Assembly (NCBI GenBank): GCA_964188305.1
Contig: OZ076890.1
DNA from: Podarcis bocagei
Lineage: Eukaryota
Length of the DNA: 64,000 nt
Strand: one strand, 5' to 3'
A program made the translations under genes and the position numbers. The notes below the pieces were generated by a model. That model saw nothing but the letters and a program-made list of their open reading frames with translations, was not told where the DNA came from and made no database searches. Shown one piece after another: positions 1 through 11,000 of the stretch. How positions within the stretch are numbered: position 1 is the stretch's first letter; each line of letters begins with the position of its first letter.

Positions 1-180
1 ACATGTTTAAAATAAAAAAGGACATGGTAAGCCACCCTAGTTTGAAGTTATAACATGGATAATGACAGGTGATGGCTAGTTGACAATTGATAAATGTTTA
101 GGGTAAAAGCTAGAGGTGTCTTGTATGAGCATCGTGTACTTCTGCTCATGCAACAGAACTTCACCATCTCCTCCTCCAGG

Positions 181-397
181 GAAGCAGGCAGAGGGTCTTC
201 TTGTCGGTAGCGCCCTCCCATCAGATGCCAAGGCAGTAAAGAAATACACAACATTTAGAAGACATCTGAACGCAGCCCTGTATTGGGAACATTTGACGTT
301 TTATTATGTTTTTATATTCTGCTGGAAGGGGAACCCAGCCAGATGGACAGGGCATAACTAATAAAATTACCACTGCTGCTACTACTACTACTACTAC
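181..397 (+). mobile_element. L2-type LINE 3' end fragment with (CTA)n tail
   Basis: Resembles the reverse complement of the L2 3' end at 25520-25745 (gcagaggg..ttct..ggtagcgccc...ttagaagacatctgaa.gcagccctgt). Confidence 0.7.
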
Positions 398-691
398 CCC
401 ACATTCCTCCAAATGCCACCTCTACCCCAACTCCACCCGGCCCTTCCCCAATTTCTCTTTTCTCTCCCCCACACCAGAGCATAAAAACTCTCTCATTCAC
501 ACACAGAGAGAGACCCTTCTCCCCACTCCCACAAATCATTTACTACAGACATGAGTCTGCTCCATTTTCTTCCTGCCCCTCGCCCCTGCCTTTGAGAAAC
601 AGCCAGTGAAAGCAAAGTGATGATGGACTAGGACAAATATAGTATAAAGAGATACCAGGTCAATTATACACCTCAGTTTACATACCATAGC

Positions 692-1663
692 TGTGGGTAA
701 GCAAATGGCACAGACTACACGTAATGTGTAAAACTAAATAAATTACAGTTTATTTTAAAATAACACTATGAACCGATGGTGATGTTAGCTTGTATGGTTA
801 CTGTATATTGAATTTTACTTACTTACTGTTCCTTTAACTCAGAATGATACACAATAAATTACTCTTTTTAAAAGAAGATACAGTACTTTGAGTTATTCCA
901 TTTCCCCCCGTATTTAAACCTAAATTTTCCTAAAGCACTCACACCCAGTTTGCACTCATCAACTAGACCCTTTTCACTGCCTATGCCCTGTTGCCTCTGG
1001 AGTCTCTCAAGCTTGATTTCTGCTGAAGTCTTTGCCTAGGTATAGCAACATCTCTTACTTCAGGCACTCAGCAACCCCACTGACTCTTGCCTTCAGAGTT
1101 CTTTTGAAGGTTGCCTCTTGGAATGCAAGCAGATCTCAGCTTCTGCCAATGATTTCAGCTCTTGGTTTGTCCCAGGTATCCCAAAACTTCTAAGCCTCAA
1201 TGTCCTCCACCTAGCTGCAGCTTCTCAGCTTAATCTTGAATCTTCTGTTGTCGTCTTCTGCTGCTTCTCTTCCACTCTCAAGGCACACTCTCAAGGCTGG
1301 ATACTTCCCATTTATATCCAAACAGGGTCTCCCTCCCACCAGTCATTTCAAATTTGGGTGAAATTCACCTCCTTCATCATGCCACAACTCTGGTTCAGCG
1401 GGTTGAGACAGAATGTCTACTTACTAAACCAGTTAGAACTTGCAAATATTCAGTCCACAGTGTCTGTCTATAAAAACAGAAACCTCCGTCTCAGAGCTTA
1501 TCTGCCACAAAGTAAAGTGGCAGTTAACTGAACATTGTAGCCACCTGCAGGCTCCCTCTGAGACTTTGTGTTTGTCACAGCTCACAGCAGTAAATCAAGA
1601 TAGTTATAGCCGATTAACCCTTTACATTCAACAGTGTGAATTCCCTTATACATTCCTTTGACA
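692..1663 (-). mobile_element. Possible solo LTR
   Basis: TG...CA termini; minus-strand TATAAA (~1311) and AATAAA (~749); no clear target-site duplication. Confidence 0.3.
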
Positions 1664-1831
1664 CAAAACATTACCTAAGAATAAAAAGTGATTCTTCACA
1701 TGGATTCCCCCCCCCTTTTTTGCGCAAAGACTGTTTACTTAGAAAGATTATGAGTTCAAAGAAAGAATAGAATTGCCCGAGATTGAGAAAGTAGACATCT
1801 TTGAGGTTTAGCTGGGAAGTAGATTTCTGCT

Positions 1832-2192
1832 GGGGGACGCGGGTGGCGCTGTGGGTTAAAGCCTCAGCGCCTAGGACTTGCCGATCGAAAGGTCGGCGGT
1901 TTGAATCCCTGCGGCGGGGTGCGCTCCCGTCGCTCGGTCCCAGCACCTGCCAACCTAGCAGTTCGAAAGCACCCTCTGGTGCAAGTAGATAAATAGGGAC
2001 CGCTTACTAGCGGGAAGGTAAACGGCGTTCTGTGTGCTGCGCTGGCTCGCCAGATGCAGCTTGTCACGCTGGCCACGTGACCCGGAAGTGTCTGCGGACA
2101 GCGCTGGCTCCCGGCCTATAGAGTGAGATGAGCGCACAACCCTAGAGTCTGTCAAGACTGGCCCATATGGGCAGGGGTACCTTTACCTTTAC
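1832..2192 (+). mobile_element. Sauria SINE, full length
   Basis: tRNA-like head with A/B boxes, (ACCTTT)n tail, 11-bp TSD TAGATTTCTGC (1820..1830 / 2193..2203). Confidence 0.92.
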
Positions 2193-3048
2193 TAGATTTC
2201 TGCCAGATTTGGTCTGATGAAGAAATATGAGAGCAACAGTAAGGGGAGCTTCAGAAATGGCATTTACTTGCTCATTTTTATGAACTATATAGGGAAGCAT
2301 GAAGATGGCTGAAACTGTATGCTAGGTGTGCATGTTTCTGTGTACTATTAGAAAAGTACAATGTTTGAAGTGGTACTGAATTGCTAGGAAGCAGTTGCAT
2401 CACAAGTACTGTATCTATTGTGGGCTTGTGTCAATGAAGCTCCTGGCTTCAGTTAGCAGAATAGGTGTGGGGCAACAGAAAATCTGTTCCAATTGGAACA
2501 AAGCTGTTTGCATTTCTGAAGAAAGTGAAAGTTGTCATTTTGACTAAAGTAAAATTTTCACAAAAATACTTGATCGGGAAAGGAGCAAACCAGGAGTGGT
2601 CCAATACCAAGCTCCTTAAGATTTTTCTAGAAACAAGAAGTCAAAATATTGGCAAACTGAAAATCCAAATCACACATTTCAAATTTAAAAATTGGTCTCA
2701 CACATCCTTGTTCATCTGAAGAGCTGCAGGCTCTCAATGGCTTAATTGTTCAAGAGGTGATCTTAGCTGATGACAGGAATGCAAGTTGACGTTGCCTCCC
2801 CTCTACCAATATTTGTTTGTGTTGTCTAACACCTGCAAGTTCATTAGAATGGCACCCAGGTATTATGAAACATGGAAGTTTCATAGATTGTGTTTTAAGT
2901 TTTTGTTTATGCTGAACTTGTTGAAGCTAGGCTGATCTGTAGGGTTGGTGAACAGGACATACTGGCAGTAGTTACATGGCTGTGTCATTACAAATGATAC
3001 AGGAATGGCACAACCTAACGGTTATGTTTTAGAACCTTAAAGGGCTGG

Positions 3049-3381
3049 GTAAAGGTAAAGGGACTCCTGACCATTAGGTCCAGTCGTGACCGACTCTGGG
3101 GTTGTGGCGCTCATCTTGCTTTATTGGCCGATGGAGCTGGCGTACAGCTTCCGGGTCATGTGGCCAGCATGACTAAGCCGCTTCTGATTAACCAGAGCAG
3201 CACACGGAAACGCCGTTTACCTTCCCGCTGGAGGGGTACCTATTTATCTACTTGCACTTTGATGTGCTTTCGAACTGCTAGGTTGGCAGGAGCAGGAACT
3301 GAGCAACAGGAGCTCACCGCCGACCTGCTGATTGGCAAGTCCTAGGCTCTGTGGTTTAACCCACAGCACCACCCACGTCCG
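3049..3381 (-). mobile_element. Sauria SINE (variant 3' end, internal deletion)
   Basis: Reverse complement of the same head and body; GGTAAAGGTAAAG tail; TSD AAAGGGCT (3039..3046 / 3383..3390). Confidence 0.9.
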
Positions 3382-3849
3382 CAAAGGGCTAGGAGACCAG
3401 CTCAAATTCAGTACTGTATTGGATTATTTGGGGGGGGGTGTTGCTCCACAGCTTAATATCTGCTGGGAAGAACATACAAGGAGGCCAAAGCTTTAGTACA
3501 GTGCACATTTGCCATTTTGATTAAGAAACATGTGTTGAGCATGGTTTAAGAATGCTGTACTGCAGGTCCTCTGATTTTGCCTCTTTCATTTTTTGGCCCA
3601 TCATTCCTCATACTTTATGGTTGCCTACCAAACCCCAGGCTAGCACAGTAGTGCTAGATGTTATAGGACCCTGGAAAATATCAGACTACACTCCTGTGCT
3701 AATGCAGTTCCAAGAACATCTGCATCTGATTTATTCAAATCTCTATAAGTTCATTACTTCCCTTTTGACCAAGGTTCATGAATAACATCCACAAGCCTTT
3801 CAGTAATATTTTGTCATGAAAGACTATAGGAAATACATGGACAGTAAGA

Positions 3850-4975
3850 TACAGATGAACGATGTTAAACAAGCAATAGCCAGTTTGTTTTTTTTATAAC
3901 ATTTTATTTGGTTTTCACAATAAAAAGGTTTAGACAAATGCAAAAAACGAAGACAATACAAAATTATAAAATACAAAAATACACACATTAAGCACAAAAA
4001 AAGAAAAAGGTACAGTTATAAAATACAAAAATACAGACATTTAACACAAAAAGAAAAAACAACACATATAAAAAGACAAAAATTCCCTCTTTCTTAGTTT
4101 CTCCTCTTTGATTAACTTATTTTCCTGACTTCCTCTCGTCTCCCATTTTTGTATCCCTTTTAAAAATTGGTTCAGCAAATTCATCTCCTGTAAGTCTATC
4201 TGTTACTGATCCAATCTTACGTTTTACCTTGTTGCTAAAACCCCTGCAATTCATTTCAATGTCCTCAGCATTCAAAAATTTTACAATATTTCTGCAAATA
4301 CATTTTAAATTTCCTCCAATCTTCTTCCACCGACTCTTCTCCCTGATCTCGGATTCTCCAGTCATTTCCGCCACAAGCAATAGCCAGTTTTAAAGCCCAC
4401 AAATCTCCAGGATCTGATGGTCTCTGAAGTGATTGGTGTTTTTTTTAAAGATTCAAGAACAACATATTATACAAAATCCCTTATTCCTGGTTCTGTTCGT
4501 GGATTATAGTAATTCCAGAAGGATTTGAATGATGTTCCTTCATAACTTCAGCTTTTTATTTAGAAACTTGACTGTAAAATATTTACTGCAATTAATGGCA
4601 ACTCATCTCAATAATATTATTTCAAACTCAGACCAGTCAAGATTTATAAAAGAGAGATAAATATAATAGCCAATCAAGGAAAGTATAGATTGAATAATAC
4701 ATAGTAGATGTGCAGAAACCCCTTGTGTATTTGTGCTTTGGATACATAGAAAGCATTTGATTGTGTTGAATGGCTTTTCTTGTGTGAGTGTTTAGAAGTT
4801 TCGAATGGGTCCCTTTTCTCTCAAGTCATTGCACTTTATACAGCCTTCTCCGTGGTGGTGCCTATGAATCACTTCAGCTCAGAACTATTCAAAATCTCCA
4901 GCATTACAAAGGTAGGTTGCTCTCTATCACCCTTGTTTGTTTTTGACCCTCAAACCATTATCTCAAAAAGTTGAA
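3850..4975 (+). mobile_element. Old degenerate L1/Tx1 reverse transcriptase fragment, interrupted by the insertion above
   Basis: Removing the insertion gives DVKQAIASFKAHKSPGSDGL, then remnants of PDQSxFIK, KAFDCVEW and GCSLSPLF. Confidence 0.7.
3887..4372 (-). mobile_element. 5'-truncated L1-clade LINE 3' end
   Basis: T-rich tail at left; 18-bp TSD ACAAGCAATAGCCAGTTT (3869..3886 / 4373..4390) at a TTTT/AA site. Confidence 0.75.
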
Positions 4976-5224
4976 CTTTAATTTTGTTAACAGGAAAGTT
5001 CAAGGAGATTAAAACCTGGGAGACCACTCCCCCTCCTCAAAAAGCAACTCTTCTCAAAGGCTATATAACTTGTTAGAAGATAATTTTATGACAGGTCTTG
5101 TTGGCCTCAAATCTATAAAGGAGAAATCACTGAAAAGAATAAACAATCTGCAACGAAACACAAAGAACACTATAAACCAATCTACAGTAATGCAAGATAT
5201 TCTTAAATTGTTCCAACAGTAGTA

Positions 5225-5465
5225 CGGTGGTACCTCGGGTTACATACGCTCCAGGTTACATATGCTTCAGGTTACAGACTCCGCTAACCCAGAAATAGTA
5301 CCCGGGTTAAGAACTTTGCTTCAGGATGAGAACAGAAATCGTGCAGCAGTGGCGCGGCAACAGTGGGAGGCCCCATTAGCTAAAGTGGTGCTTCAGGTTA
5401 AGAACAGTTTCAGGTTAAGAACGGACCTCCAGAACAAATTAAGTACATAACCAACAGTACCACTG
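5225..5465. mobile_element. Tc1/mariner (Tigger-like) MITE
   Basis: TA|C(A/G)GTGGTAC...GTACCACTG|TA; a second copy lies at 21076..21308. Confidence 0.85.
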
Positions 5466-5698
5466 TAGTAGTACCTGGATCGTCTTGTAAGGATGTTGTA
5501 AAGCAGGTCAGCGGAGTGCTGACGAGGATGTCGGATATGGTGACAATGTGCATTGGGGAAGCACTTTGGGATGGTGTTTTAGAGATTGAAACCAGTGCTT
5601 TTGGGGGGAGGGTACACAGTACTGGCACCTTTCCTCCCTCAAATGTTAAAAGTGTGGCACTTACTGTAACAACTTCATACCAGCACCTTATATATTAG

Positions 5699-5813
5699 TT
5701 CTCGAAGCTACCAACATGAGTTTGACCAAACTGCAGGAGGCAGTGGAAGAAGGGAGTGCCTGGCTTGCTCTTGTCCATGGGGTCACGAAGAGTCGGACAC
5801 AACTGAACAACAA

Positions 5814-5814
<1 letters not shown>
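5699..5814 (+). mobile_element. BovB/RTE LINE 3' end
   Basis: ...gtccatggggtcacgaagagtcggacacaactgaacaacaa, typical RTE-BovB terminus. Confidence 0.85.

Positions 5815-5815
<1 letters not shown>

Positions 5816-5848
<33 letters not shown>
5816..5848. repeat. (CA)n microsatellite
   Basis: Direct reading. Confidence 0.95.
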
Positions 5849-5849
<1 letters not shown>

Positions 5850-7479
5850 GTGCACTGATTAAAATTATTAAGTATTGGGTGGTTAAGTATTGGGTGGTTT
5901 AAGTTTTAATTGATTAAATATGCATATGAATTAAGCATTTTAAAGAAGGCAACCAAACATACATGTAGCAGCAAGCAGCATTTTGAAAGATGCCTTCCTT
6001 CTTGTATCGAGAGGAGAGTTGATGTCTCTCCTAAAGTGGTGACAGGCATCCATAGCTTTTCTCTGTTACTTGTGCTTAAACTATGTGGTATTTAATCAAT
6101 TAAATATCCTCTTTTCAATTAAAGTGGCCCATGTAATGAACAGAATCCTGCAACCCATGTAGAAAACTGAGCATATTTTGTAGGCCCTGCAAATTGTGAA
6201 CTAGAAAGCCACAGGATTTTTTTAGTCTAGACTTTGACAGGTCTGCTATATCACCTCTGAGTATTCTGCTGGCTATGACTTTTGCTATCTCTCCGGCATT
6301 GTGACTTGGAAATTGTAATGGGCGATAAGAATCAAGAAAATACTGGGTGTGTGCTGGATTCGAGCTAGCAGACAATTCTTTTTCTGTTGCCTTCTAGTTA
6401 AAATGAATTTTAGAATCTATGAAATTCAACTGTTACAACTTCCTTTCTAGATGCAATGATTTTTCACCATGGATGAGAAAACATTTAATTATTTTTTTTA
6501 AAAGGGACTTTCCTTCACACCAGTCGCCACTAAGTACCAACAATCAACTGCTCTTTTGATTTCTGAAGAGCAACTAGATTATGCAATGTGTAACATTCCA
6601 GTCCCTTGTTCTGCTTTTGAATGATCCATGCTTTTTAAAAATTGCAGCAGATAGCTTTAGAAGAGTTTACCTCATCATTTTGTTGGGCCCTTTTGTGGGG
6701 GAGAAGTCTTCACATGACCATTAATTTCCCTTCTGACATTTACTTTCTAATCACAGAGTCTCAAATTACTCTTATACAATCTTTGTACAAGAGTTTCTGA
6801 GTAGCCCTGATGATTCAAGAAGTACAGTTGTAAAATACAGTTTACTATAAAGACTATTTATTTAGGAAGACTGTTTATTTAGAAATACAATAATAAATAA
6901 GTCAGACTATTTATTTAGGAATTAATGTTATGTACATATACAGGTACATATAAATTAGGAGCCAGCAGTTCTAGATAACAGCAACTTACAGGTACAGGGA
7001 GTGAGAATGGGCAAATATTATTTGTTACATCTACCAGTGTTGGACTACCTTTGCAAAACAGCAAACATGAATTGCTTCCTATATGCTGCCTAAAGTTATG
7101 TGGCTTCTCCTTGTATACAATTATGTGTGAGAGACTGTTAAATTATAGCATAACACATTTGGAAAAGATCACGTAAATGTGCAAGTAGTAGTTAAGACAG
7201 GTTTGTGTTCAGCTCCTACCTTGCTAATTGTTTTCTTGGGATTATTTGGATTCTGTAGAAAGCTTTTCCAAATCTCCTTTATTACTGAAGTCATTGTTGC
7301 CAGCAGGAATAAGATTAAAGGTGCTTAAGTCTGTAGAGTTGTTTCTAATTTGTATATGTCATTTCAGTGGCATTTTAACAGAATTTTGTCTTGCCTCTTT
7401 CCCCTCCCTACTTCCCCATGGTACTGTGCTCAAGTTAGGTCTGAGAAGCAAAGCTATTGGAAGAAATTTCATTTTGTTC

Positions 7480-7993
7480 CCTAATTATTATGCTGGCACT
7501 TGGGAGATAATTTTTCCCTTCATGCACTGCCAATTAATATGCAAATGAGCTGATAAATATTTATATCATGATTTAAATTATGCAGGGAGCGCTTTCAGTG
7601 TACTCTGCAAATGAATTGTTCATGGACTTCAAAGTGCTGGCTGCTGTGCTTAACGAGGGGAGATTTGCATAAGGCCCTAATCAGGCGCATACTGATTAAG
7701 CTTCATTATGGAAACTGCCAGCTGCAATCTTTGTTTCTATTTTATTAAAAAAGGGGAACTTTTCATGCTTCAGTCGCCTTGACAATGTCAGACACAGCTA
7801 GTAGGAGAGACTAAAACTCTACAGAGCAACTGAAGTTTCTCTGTTCAGTTGAAGATTGCTATGGTGTAACTGAAGTTGTATTTCCTATCCCTACCCCTCC
7901 CTTTCTTCTGTTAAAAGTAGTAGTGTAGGTTTTTTATTTTAGAAATCCCCCCCCTTCCTTGGACTATCTGAATCTGCAGAGGACTGCACAGCA
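7480..7993 (+). promoter_or_regulatory. POU2F1: Putative POU2F1 L-promoter / 5' UTR with octamer sites
   Basis: ATGCAAAT 7539..7546, CTGCAAAT 7605..7612, ATTTGCAT 7663..7670; no recognisable repeats; directly upstream of exon 1L. Confidence 0.7.
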
Positions 7994-8021
7994 ATGCTGG
8001 ACTGCAGCGACTACATTCTAG
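7994..8021 (+). CDS. POU2F1: POU2F1 alternative first exon 1L, coding part ([10 protein letters not shown])
   Basis: gcaATGCTGGACTGCAGCGACTACATTCTAG|gtgggt. Matches the mammalian Oct-1L N-terminus (MLDCSDYVLD) and joins exon 2 in phase 1. Confidence 0.9.
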
Positions 8022-11000
8022 GTGGGTAGTACCAGTTCAACTGACTCTTGCAAGCGTGTAATATGGAAATAGTGGTTGTTGGATTGACTATGCAGTGGCA
8101 TAATCGCATATGCAAGACTAAGGGAGGCATTTATTTGAAAGGGTGAGGACTACCAGCGATGTGGTGGCAAGTGCCTCCTCCGTTCTTCATTTTTTTTCTG
8201 TGTTCAGGAAAATCTTGTTCTTTATTTTTGGATAGAATGGAGTTGTCCTTCAGTTTCAGTGTCGTCTAATGCAGAAGCTTTGATATTTCAATCTTAAAAA
8301 GCATTTGATTTTGGAAAGAAATAGGAACTTCATTTAATGTGTCTGTTTATGTAAAACTGCATAGGGGTGAGAGTCTTCTGCCATAACTTCCTGGCCTGAC
8401 CAGATCATTCTAAGTTGGGTATATTTGTGTGGGTGTAGGTGATATAAAGCCACACTGTTCAATGTTTAATAGGAAGCAAGCACTGCTAATATCACTGCTG
8501 ATACCGTTACAAGAAGTATTGCATATGGCTACTAGTGTTCTGGCAGTTGAAAAATATGCTTTTAAATTAATTTTGCAAATATGTTTTTAAGGTTTTGCAA
8601 ATTTTATCCTTTATCATCAGGCCTTAGAATTTTAAAAATCATAATCTAAGGATTTAGACTACGCTTACTTTAGAAATGTAAAATTTAATGTGATTTTTGC
8701 TTCAAGATACACAGCTTTTCCCTCCATATATGCCGCTTTTAACAATGCTGTATAGAGGAATCCTAGCAAATGACACCTTCATCTTAGTGTGAACAACAGT
8801 AGCTGAATTTAAAGGGTTTATCAGTTCTAAGAAATCCACCCTCCCCCTATATATTTTGAAATGCTGATAATTTTAATGCTGACTGGCCTTGATATCTGTT
8901 AAAATGCTAGTAAGAATGGATCTAGATTCTAGAAACTCATCAGGATGTGACCTCAGCACTGCACCTGGTGCTTTCAATCTATGCTTCAGTTTGCTGTGTG
9001 TACTTTAGATTATGGCAGTGTTTTAGTGTCATTGTTACAAATTAAGCCTTATGCTGCTTGTGAAAGAAAGGAGGAGGAAATGGCAGTCTCTATAAGAATT
9101 AAAGAGAAAATTTATTTGAACATCCACTAGCCAAATTAACTTGTAGATAGTAGATTTTGCCTATTTCATCACTAATCCATTCCTTGTGTTTTTGTGTGTG
9201 TGCTGCAGATCATTGAAATTAATTTACTGGATCAGATCAAGTTCCAGCTAATCTAGTATTTTGTTCTTAGCAATTGTCAACCACATGTGTTTGGATGTTG
9301 ACAAGCAGATCATCAGAGTAATAGCCTCTTCTGCTGCTTGTCCCTAGCACATGATATTCACAGGTATACTACCTCTGTCATGGAGGTTCAGTTTCACTGT
9401 TGTGACTAATAGCAATTCATGAGTCTGTCTTCCATGAATTTGTATAGTTCCTCTTCATATCATCTTAAACTAAAGGTTGCCGTTATATCTTGTGGTTGTG
9501 AAAAACTCTTGACAGGCTGACATATTGCACGCTGGCTGGGACCGATGGGATCTGTAGTCCAAAACATCTGGATGGCAACCAGGTTGGGAAGGCTGTCCTA
9601 GGCGATGGGATGAAATGTTTATCTTGTTTTGAAGCATGATTAGCATATTTAACAATACCTTCTTTAATGATACAACAAAAGAGGCATTAAATTTATTTTG
9701 CTTCCAAATATGAACCCATGGAGTATAACCCTTCTATGGTCACAACAGGGATAGCTCACGTCAATAAATCAGACTTTTAATCTCATGGTTCTGTGTTCGA
9801 GTCCCACATTGGTAGAAGATTCCTGCATTGGAGGAGGTTGGACTAGATGACCCTCATGGTCCCTTCCAGCTCTACAATTCTATGAACTTCTGACTATCCC
9901 TTACATATATCCAACATCTTTTAACTTACAAAGCCTCCAGTATAGCCTTATGAAACCAGCTCATTATTGCTGCTGTTTTTAAACATAGTATACTGTTGTT
10001 ATGTACCAATGCTTATTATGTACAAATTCTTAGCAGACAGATATGGAATAAAGCATTTTTGAAAGATGCCAAATGGACTCTAAAAAGAAATTGTACTGTG
10101 TGCTGTGGCACTGCGGAGGTTTTTAGCCTTCATATTTATAATGCAAGTATTTTCAATAAGAGTTGATGGCACATATGTACTCATTTTTTTTAAAAAAAAC
10201 TATTGATTACTTCATTACTCTTCCAGGTTGTAATCATCAAGAAGCTGATATTGTATAGGAAATGGAATTAATTAGCTTCAAATTAACCTTGCTCTCCTGT
10301 TGGAGAACTGCTGTATACTGGGGAATATCCAGGGATATGACTCCCTGTTATGCAAATAACTGCATGCATGATGCAACAGGAAAAGATTCTGCATTGTTGG
10401 TGGAGCAGTAGCTGCTGAAGTAATCTTTCCTACCTGCCTACTGTTTCTGAGGCTTGACTGGTGCAAATGTCTTTAAGAAATAGGATATGACAAATGGATT
10501 TCTTTTGCAGCACTTCTTAATAATACTTTCCCATCTATACTGTTACCCTAACCTCTGGCATATGTTTTAACTCTAGCATCAGCTAAATTGTAAAGAATGC
10601 AATAATGTATTCTTCACTGCCAAATTCCATTGTTAAATGCTTTTCTGTAAACATCAGTGATTTAGTTTCAACAGGTGAAATCTGACAATCGGAAATGTTG
10701 AAGGGGGTTCTTTCTGCTATTGCTAATTATGAGCAGAGCTGGGGAAATCCTCGATTGCTTGTTACATGGGGGAATATCTAAAAATTTGAAGTACTTTCTT
10801 GCCTGGATTATGGCTATAGTGTATTTAGGAAAGGCAACAAATTATTTTGACTATATTAATTTAGTCAGGTTTCTGGTGCTTAACTTTCTTTCCTCTTCTT
10901 TCGCTTTCCTCTTATAGTCCAGTCTTCTCTGGATTTGGTCGTTGCTCACAATTTTATTCTATTTTTTGGCATATTGGTTTGCTCATTCCCATGATCTGTT

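Noticed and set aside
1118-1531. 137-aa ORF
   Set aside because: Non-ATG start, no recognisable homology, inside a putative LTR.
1-7400. Ubiquitous POU2F1 first exon (MADGGAASQDES...)
   Set aside because: Not found and no CpG island. ORF 3124..3345 starts with TTG inside a Sauria SINE, so its 'MADGAG' is coincidental.
8063-8142. Second ATG with a GTGAGG donor after exon 1L
   Set aside because: Phase 2 at the donor, out of frame with exon 2.
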